NCBI GenBank assembly: GCA_017992605.1
Contig: JAGOOG010000006.1
Span: forward strand, 55,276-119,275
DNA length: 64,000 nt
Source of the DNA: Deltaproteobacteria bacterium
GTDB lineage: Bacteria; Desulfobacterota; Desulfomonilia; UBA1062
Reading direction: 5' to 3'
Under the pieces are notes generated by a model, which was not told the origin of the DNA, did not search any database, and worked only from the letters and a program-made list of their open reading frames with translations. How positions within the stretch are numbered: position 1 is the first letter of the stretch; every line of letters begins with the position of its first letter. A program made the position numbers and the translations under genes. Below, one piece after another: positions 59,579 to 64,000 of this stretch.

Positions 59579-60832
59579 TTACGCCTGAGAGGTCTTCCTC
59601 TCGTATACGATGATGGGCGGTTTCCCTTTGAATACCACGTCCTGGCTGATGATGCACTCCTTGACGCCTTCCATGTCGGGAATCTCATACATGATGTCGA
59701 GCATGATTCCTTCCATGATGGAGCGCAGTCCTCTCGCGCCCGACTTCCGCTTCGTGGCCTCGGCCGCTATGGCCTTCAGGGCATCCTTGGTGAAGGTGAG
59801 ATCAACCCCTTCGAGCTTGAGGAGCGCCTGGTACTGTTTGACCAGCGCATTCTTCGGCTCGGTGAGGATGGCGATCAATGCGTCCTCGTCGAGTTCGTGG
59901 AGCGTCGAGACTACCGGCATACGGCCGACGAACTCGGGGATGAGCCCGAATTTGATGAGGTCTTCAGGTTGAATGTTCTTGAGGATCTCACCGATGTCCT
60001 TTTCCTTTTTGCCCGTGATCTCGGCGACGAAACCGATGGTCTTCTTGTCGAGCCGCTGCGAAATGATCTTGTCGAGCCCCACAAAGGCCCCGCCGCATAT
60101 GAAGAGGATGTTGGTGGTGTCGATCTGGATGAACTCCTGCTGGGGGTGCTTGCGTCCGCCCTTGGGGGGTATGGACGCCATGGTGCCCTCGATCATCTTG
60201 AGCAGGGCCTGCTGGACGCCTTCACCCGAGACGTCGCGGGTGATGGATGGATTGTCTCCCTTGGAGGCGATCTTGTCGATCTCGTCGATATAGACGATGC
60301 CCTTCTGGGTGCGCTCGACGTCATAGTCGGCATTCTGGAGAAGGTTCACGATGATGTTCTCAACGTCCTCACCGACGTACCCGGCTTCCGTCAGGGTGGT
60401 GGCATCCGCAATGGTGAACGGGACATCGAGGATCTTGGCCAGGGTCTGCGCGAGCAGGGTCTTGCCTGACCCCGTCGGGCCGATGAGCATGATGTTGCTC
60501 TTGCTGATCTCCACACCGCCGATGCTGGTGTTTGATTCGATGCGCTTGTAATGATTGTGCACGGCCACCGACAGGACGCGCTTCGTCATCTCCTGCCCGA
60601 TGACATACTCGTCAAGGACTTCCTTGATCTCGGATGGTTTCGGGATGCTGGACGAGGTGCTGAAATGTCGGTATTCACCCTCCTCTTCGGCGAGGATCTC
60701 GTTGCACAGGGCGATGCATTCGTCGCAGATGTACACGTCAGGACCGGCGATGAGCTTACGCACCTCCTCCTGGGATTTTCCGCAGAAGGAGCACCGCAGG
60801 CCGGGCCTGTAGTGGTCGTTAATTTTTGGCAT
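59579..60832 (-). CDS. clpX: ATP-dependent Clp protease ATP-binding subunit ClpX
   Basis: Zinc-binding N-domain CSFCGKSQ...CDEC and Walker A GPTGSGKT. Start set at MPKIND after a GAAGGGGAGAAGG RBS. Confidence 0.95.
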   Translation of the reverse strand: MPKINDHYRPGLRCSFCGKSQEEVRKLIAGPDVYICDECIALCNEILAEEEGEYRHFSTSSSIPKPSEIKEVLDEYVIGQEMTKRVLSVAVHNHYKRIESNTSIGGVEISKSNIMLIGPTGSGKTLLAQTLAKILDVPFTIADATTLTEAGYVGEDVENIIVNLLQNADYDVERTQKGIVYIDEIDKIASKGDNPSITRDVSGEGVQQALLKMIEGTMASIPPKGGRKHPQQEFIQIDTTNILFICGGAFVGLDKIISQRLDKKTIGFVAEITGKKEKDIGEILKNIQPEDLIKFGLIPEFVGRMPVVSTLHELDEDALIAILTEPKNALVKQYQALLKLEGVDLTFTKDALKAIAAEATKRKSGARGLRSIMEGIMLDIMYEIPDMEGVKECIISQDVVFKGKPPIIVYERKTSQA

Positions 60833-61442
60833 CCGCCTTCTCCCCTTCTTTTTCCCTGGCAGGTCTCTTTGCAATCACATGGTCGATTATACCATACTTC
60901 TGCGCTTCGGTCACGGCCATGAAATAATCTCGCTCGGTGTCTACCGATACTTTATCTATAGGCTGGCCGGTGTGCTTTGACAAGATCTTCGTGAGAGCCT
61001 CCTTGAGGCGAAGCATCTCGTTGACCTGTATATTCACGTCAGTGACCTGCCCCTGAACTCCTCCCAGGGGCTGATGTATGAGGATACGCGCATGCGGCAG
61101 TCCGTAGCGCATTCCGGTCTCTCCTGCGGCCAGGAGCAGTGCGGCCATGGATGCCGCCTGCCCGATGCAGATGGTGCTGACCTTGGGCTTGATGTACTGC
61201 ATGGTGTCGTAGACCGCCAGGCCGGCCGTCACCGATCCGCCTGGAGAATTGATGTAGAAGAAGATGTCATTGTCCGGATCCTCGGATTCCAGGAAGAGGA
61301 ACTGCGCCACGAGCAGGTTTGCAATATCGTCGTCGATCTCCGTGCCCAGCATGACGATCCGGTCCTTGAGCAGGCGGGAGTAGATATCGTAGGACCGCTC
61401 CCCCCTGCTGGTCTGTTCCACTACGATGGGAACCAGGGTCAT
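60819..61442 (-). CDS. clpP: ATP-dependent Clp protease proteolytic subunit ClpP
   Basis: Ser protease region GQAASMAA and His/Asp regions, 207 aa. Confidence 0.95.
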   Translation of the reverse strand: MTLVPIVVEQTSRGERSYDIYSRLLKDRIVMLGTEIDDDIANLLVAQFLFLESEDPDNDIFFYINSPGGSVTAGLAVYDTMQYIKPKVSTICIGQAASMAALLLAAGETGMRYGLPHARILIHQPLGGVQGQVTDVNIQVNEMLRLKEALTKILSKHTGQPIDKVSVDTERDYFMAVTEAQKYGIIDHVIAKRPAREKEGEKADAKN

Positions 61443-62743
61443 TCAGTCTTCTCCTCTGTGCTGTCCACCTCGACAACGGTGGACTTCTCTATGATATGGT
61501 CATACACCTTCTTCTCGAGAATTCCGTACTTCATCTCCTCCAGGCTGCCCCGCTCCTCGAAGTTCTTACGGACCGCCTCAGGGGTCATGGAGTACTTTTC
61601 GGCAAGTAATGCGATTTCCTTTTCCACATCGTCGTCGGTGGCCTCGATGGTGTTGATTTTCGCGATGGCCTCCACGAGCAGCGACGTCCTCACGAGCTTA
61701 TCGGCGGATGCCATGGATTCCTCGCGAAGCGCGTCGCCATCAGGATAGATGTCCTGGAGCCTGACCCCCTGGGCCGACAGCCGCTGGGACATGCCCTGGA
61801 GCATCATGATGGCCTGGAGCCTGACCATGGACTCGGGGACCTCGAAGGTATTCGCCTCCAGGAGCTTCTCCGATATCTGCCGCTCCATGAAGGTCCGGGC
61901 ATCGGCCTCGAGCCTTGCCGTGAGGTCTTCCCTGATGGCCTTCTTCAGCTCCTCCACGGTCTGGACGCCTGCATGCACCATCTTCGCGAACTCGTCATTC
62001 AGCTCGGGGAGCTCCCGGTTCTTGATACCGTGCACGAGGATCTTCATGTGCGCCGTCTTTCCCCGCATGTCCTCCAGGAAGTGGGTGTCCGGGAAGGTGA
62101 CGTCAGCCTCACTGCCATCCCCGGTCTTCAGCCCGATGACCTCCTGCTCGAGTCCCGGGAAGGCGCTCCGTACCCCTGCTTCCACGGTAATCTTGTCACG
62201 GTTGAGCGATTCGTTCTCTTCACAGGTGACACCCAGGATCACGTAGTCACCGCGGGCTGCCCGATAGGACGCGTCCTGGACGTCCTTGACCTCAGCATAG
62301 GTCTCCTGCAGCTTGCCGATGACCTCGTCCACGTTCTTGTTTTCCACGGCCGCCTTCGGCTTCTTCAGTTCGAATCCGGTATAGACCTGGGGGGTTACCT
62401 CTGGCTTCACATCGAACTTCGCGGCAAAGGTGAAGTCTTCGTTCTCCTTCGGTTCGTCGTTGACGAACTCGGGCATGGACACCACGAAGAGGTTCTGCTC
62501 CTTGACGGCCTCCTCGAACTTCTCGCGCACGAGCTTGCGGGAGAGTTCCTCGGTGATGTAGTCCTGGTAATACATCCTGATAATATGCCTCGGGGCCTTG
62601 CCCTTCCGGAACCCCTTTATGGCGACCCCCTGCGCGATCTCGCGGTAGATTCCATCCGAAACGGATTTCACGTCTTCTTGGGGGATAACCACCTTCATCT
62701 CTTTTTTCGTGCTGCCCACGTCAGTGATCTCGACCTTCATCAT
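61439..62743 (-). CDS. tig: trigger factor
   Basis: [20 protein letters not shown]... ribosome-binding GFRxGxxP motif (GFRKGKAP), a PPIase domain and a C-terminal arm. Confidence 0.95.
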   Translation of the reverse strand: MMKVEITDVGSTKKEMKVVIPQEDVKSVSDGIYREIAQGVAIKGFRKGKAPRHIIRMYYQDYITEELSRKLVREKFEEAVKEQNLFVVSMPEFVNDEPKENEDFTFAAKFDVKPEVTPQVYTGFELKKPKAAVENKNVDEVIGKLQETYAEVKDVQDASYRAARGDYVILGVTCEENESLNRDKITVEAGVRSAFPGLEQEVIGLKTGDGSEADVTFPDTHFLEDMRGKTAHMKILVHGIKNRELPELNDEFAKMVHAGVQTVEELKKAIREDLTARLEADARTFMERQISEKLLEANTFEVPESMVRLQAIMMLQGMSQRLSAQGVRLQDIYPDGDALREESMASADKLVRTSLLVEAIAKINTIEATDDDVEKEIALLAEKYSMTPEAVRKNFEERGSLEEMKYGILEKKVYDHIIEKSTVVEVDSTEEKTE

Positions 62744-62797
62744 GAATCCTTTCTGTCAGAGCCTATGCGTGCGTATCCTTTCTCATGTATGGCATCG

Positions 62798-63553
62798 TCA
62801 GGTCAATGCCTTTTTCGAGAACGACAGGTCTTGAAACACTGGCTCCATGGTACTGTGATACGAGCCGTCTTCATTGAAAATGAACAGCGGCCGTTCCATG
62901 ACCATCTCCTTCCCGCCCCCGCTCGTTCCACAGACCAGGCAGAGCTCGGCGGTCCTGTGCGGTGCCGTGTAGGCACAGCACATGCGTTTCGGTTCCAGCC
63001 CGCTGACGCGCATCGCGCACAATAGGTCGGGGAGCCTCCTCGACGGATACACGATATAGAACCTTCCTGCCGGTTTGAGGAGCTCGCGAGTCCTTTTCGT
63101 GAGGGTGTCCAGATCCAGCGAGATTTCGTGCCGGGCGACAGCCTTCTCTTCGTGCGGGTTCACCCTGCCGGTCGTCAGCGGTCTGTAGGGGGGATTCGTC
63201 ACGACGGCGTCCACCCGGGGGCCCTGGTAATCCCTTATGTCCGAGCGGATGACCGTGATCCTGTCATCGAGGCCTGCGAGCTCCACCGAGCGCCTGGACA
63301 TCTCGGCCAGGTCTTCCTGGATTTCGACGCCTGTCACGATGAGACCTTTCATGGCCGCAAGCAGTATCGAAACGACCCCGGACCCTGATCCGATCTCGAT
63401 CACTCTGGTCCCAGGGTCTTCTTCGACAAAGGCCCCGAGAAGGTAGGCATCGAGCGAGTACCGGTACCCTTTCTTTTTCTGGAAAATGGAAAGGCTGCCG
63501 CAGGAAAGGCGATCGAGGGTCTCATCCCTGCCTGGTATGAAACGTTCTCTCAT
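62798..63553 (-). CDS. SAM-dependent methyltransferase, tRNA1(Val) m6A37 methyltransferase (TrmN6/YfiC)-like
   Basis: SAM-binding VIEIGSGSGVVS and the amino-methyltransferase NPPY motif. Confidence 0.7.
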   Translation of the reverse strand: MRERFIPGRDETLDRLSCGSLSIFQKKKGYRYSLDAYLLGAFVEEDPGTRVIEIGSGSGVVSILLAAMKGLIVTGVEIQEDLAEMSRRSVELAGLDDRITVIRSDIRDYQGPRVDAVVTNPPYRPLTTGRVNPHEEKAVARHEISLDLDTLTKRTRELLKPAGRFYIVYPSRRLPDLLCAMRVSGLEPKRMCCAYTAPHRTAELCLVCGTSGGGKEMVMERPLFIFNEDGSYHSTMEPVFQDLSFSKKALT

Positions 63554-63589
63554 CCCCCTCTTTCCAGCTGCTCGGTGTATTTCCCCGTA

Positions 63590-64000
63590 TCACCGGTCAA
63601 GCGCGCCGTCACCTTGTTGCAGATAATCCTCAAACAGGGTGGGAGCTACGGCCATGGCATGGTTGAACATCAGGTATGCCAGCCGCCGGATCTCCCACTC
63701 GGCCGACCTTTCCAGCCGGAGTCCGAAAAAATGCCTCAGGGAACGGGCATTGACATACACGTAGGCAGCGGTGGACCACCCCACGGGCATGAGCCTCCTG
63801 AGCTCCTGGTTACGCACCCCGAGCTTCTGGAGTTCGTCGTAGACTTCCATGGCATGCCGGTGCTCCCTGTCGTAGGCCTGGTAGATCGACTCAACCTTCT
63901 CTTCCGAGTCGAGGTACTCCAGGGCCGGGTAGATGAACATGTTCTTGTTCGCCTTGACGTACCGGGTGGAGCGGAAGGTCCACCCGATGCCGATGCGGTG
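63590..64000 (-). CDS. thyX: FAD-dependent thymidylate synthase ThyX (3' portion; gene continues past window end)
   Basis: The reading frame stays open to the window edge. It contains the ThyX signature ...FRSTRYV... (RHRxxSxxxxSxRY-like) and SLRHFFGLRLERSAEWEIRRLA. Confidence 0.7.
   Translation of the reverse strand, partial: HRIGIGWTFRSTRYVKANKNMFIYPALEYLDSEEKVESIYQAYDREHRHAMEVYDELQKLGVRNQELRRLMPVGWSTAAYVYVNARSLRHFFGLRLERSAEWEIRRLAYLMFNHAMAVAPTLFEDYLQQGDGALDR

Overview
The window is a high-GC, gene-dense chromosomal segment. It reads like an anaerobic Deltaproteobacteria/Desulfobacterota-type genome; that taxonomic call is inference from gene content (second EF-G, HDOD proteins, ferredoxin/flavoredoxin, secretin cluster). 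Most of it is conserved housekeeping.

Housekeeping content, in order:
- dapF, guaA
- the rpsB-tsf-pyrH-frr operon
- radA, murI, lipA, hom
- a queA-tgt-yajC-secD-secF operon
- a tRNA-Val/tRNA-Asp pair with a clean terminator
- the classical tig-clpP-clpX-lon-hupB block
- a rsmI gene
- the 3' part of thyX running off the window end

Less ordinary content:
- A PurF-like amidophosphoribosyltransferase paralog whose glutaminase domain is degenerate (no Cys1).
- A 1141-aa alpha-amylase-family (GH13-like) giant protein.
- A small AT-richer islet holding an McrA/COG3183-like HNH nuclease fusion, a 76-aa ORF and a secreted K/R-rich protein.
- A DUF89 plus Mrp/ApbC pair.
- A non-canonical partial type II secretion cluster (GspC-ExeA/GspA-TPR-GspD secretin-GspE), directly followed by a second EF-G.
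- An archaeal-type iPGM (ApgM-like) gene translationally coupled to hom, which is a candidate non-orthologous homoserine kinase.
- Two divergent HDOD signalling proteins.
- A group-II PLP decarboxylase followed by a fused acetyl-CoA hydrolase/transferase-GNAT protein.

No CRISPR array, transposase, integrase or rRNA was seen. Several long high-GC antisense ORFs in the supplied track are judged spurious.
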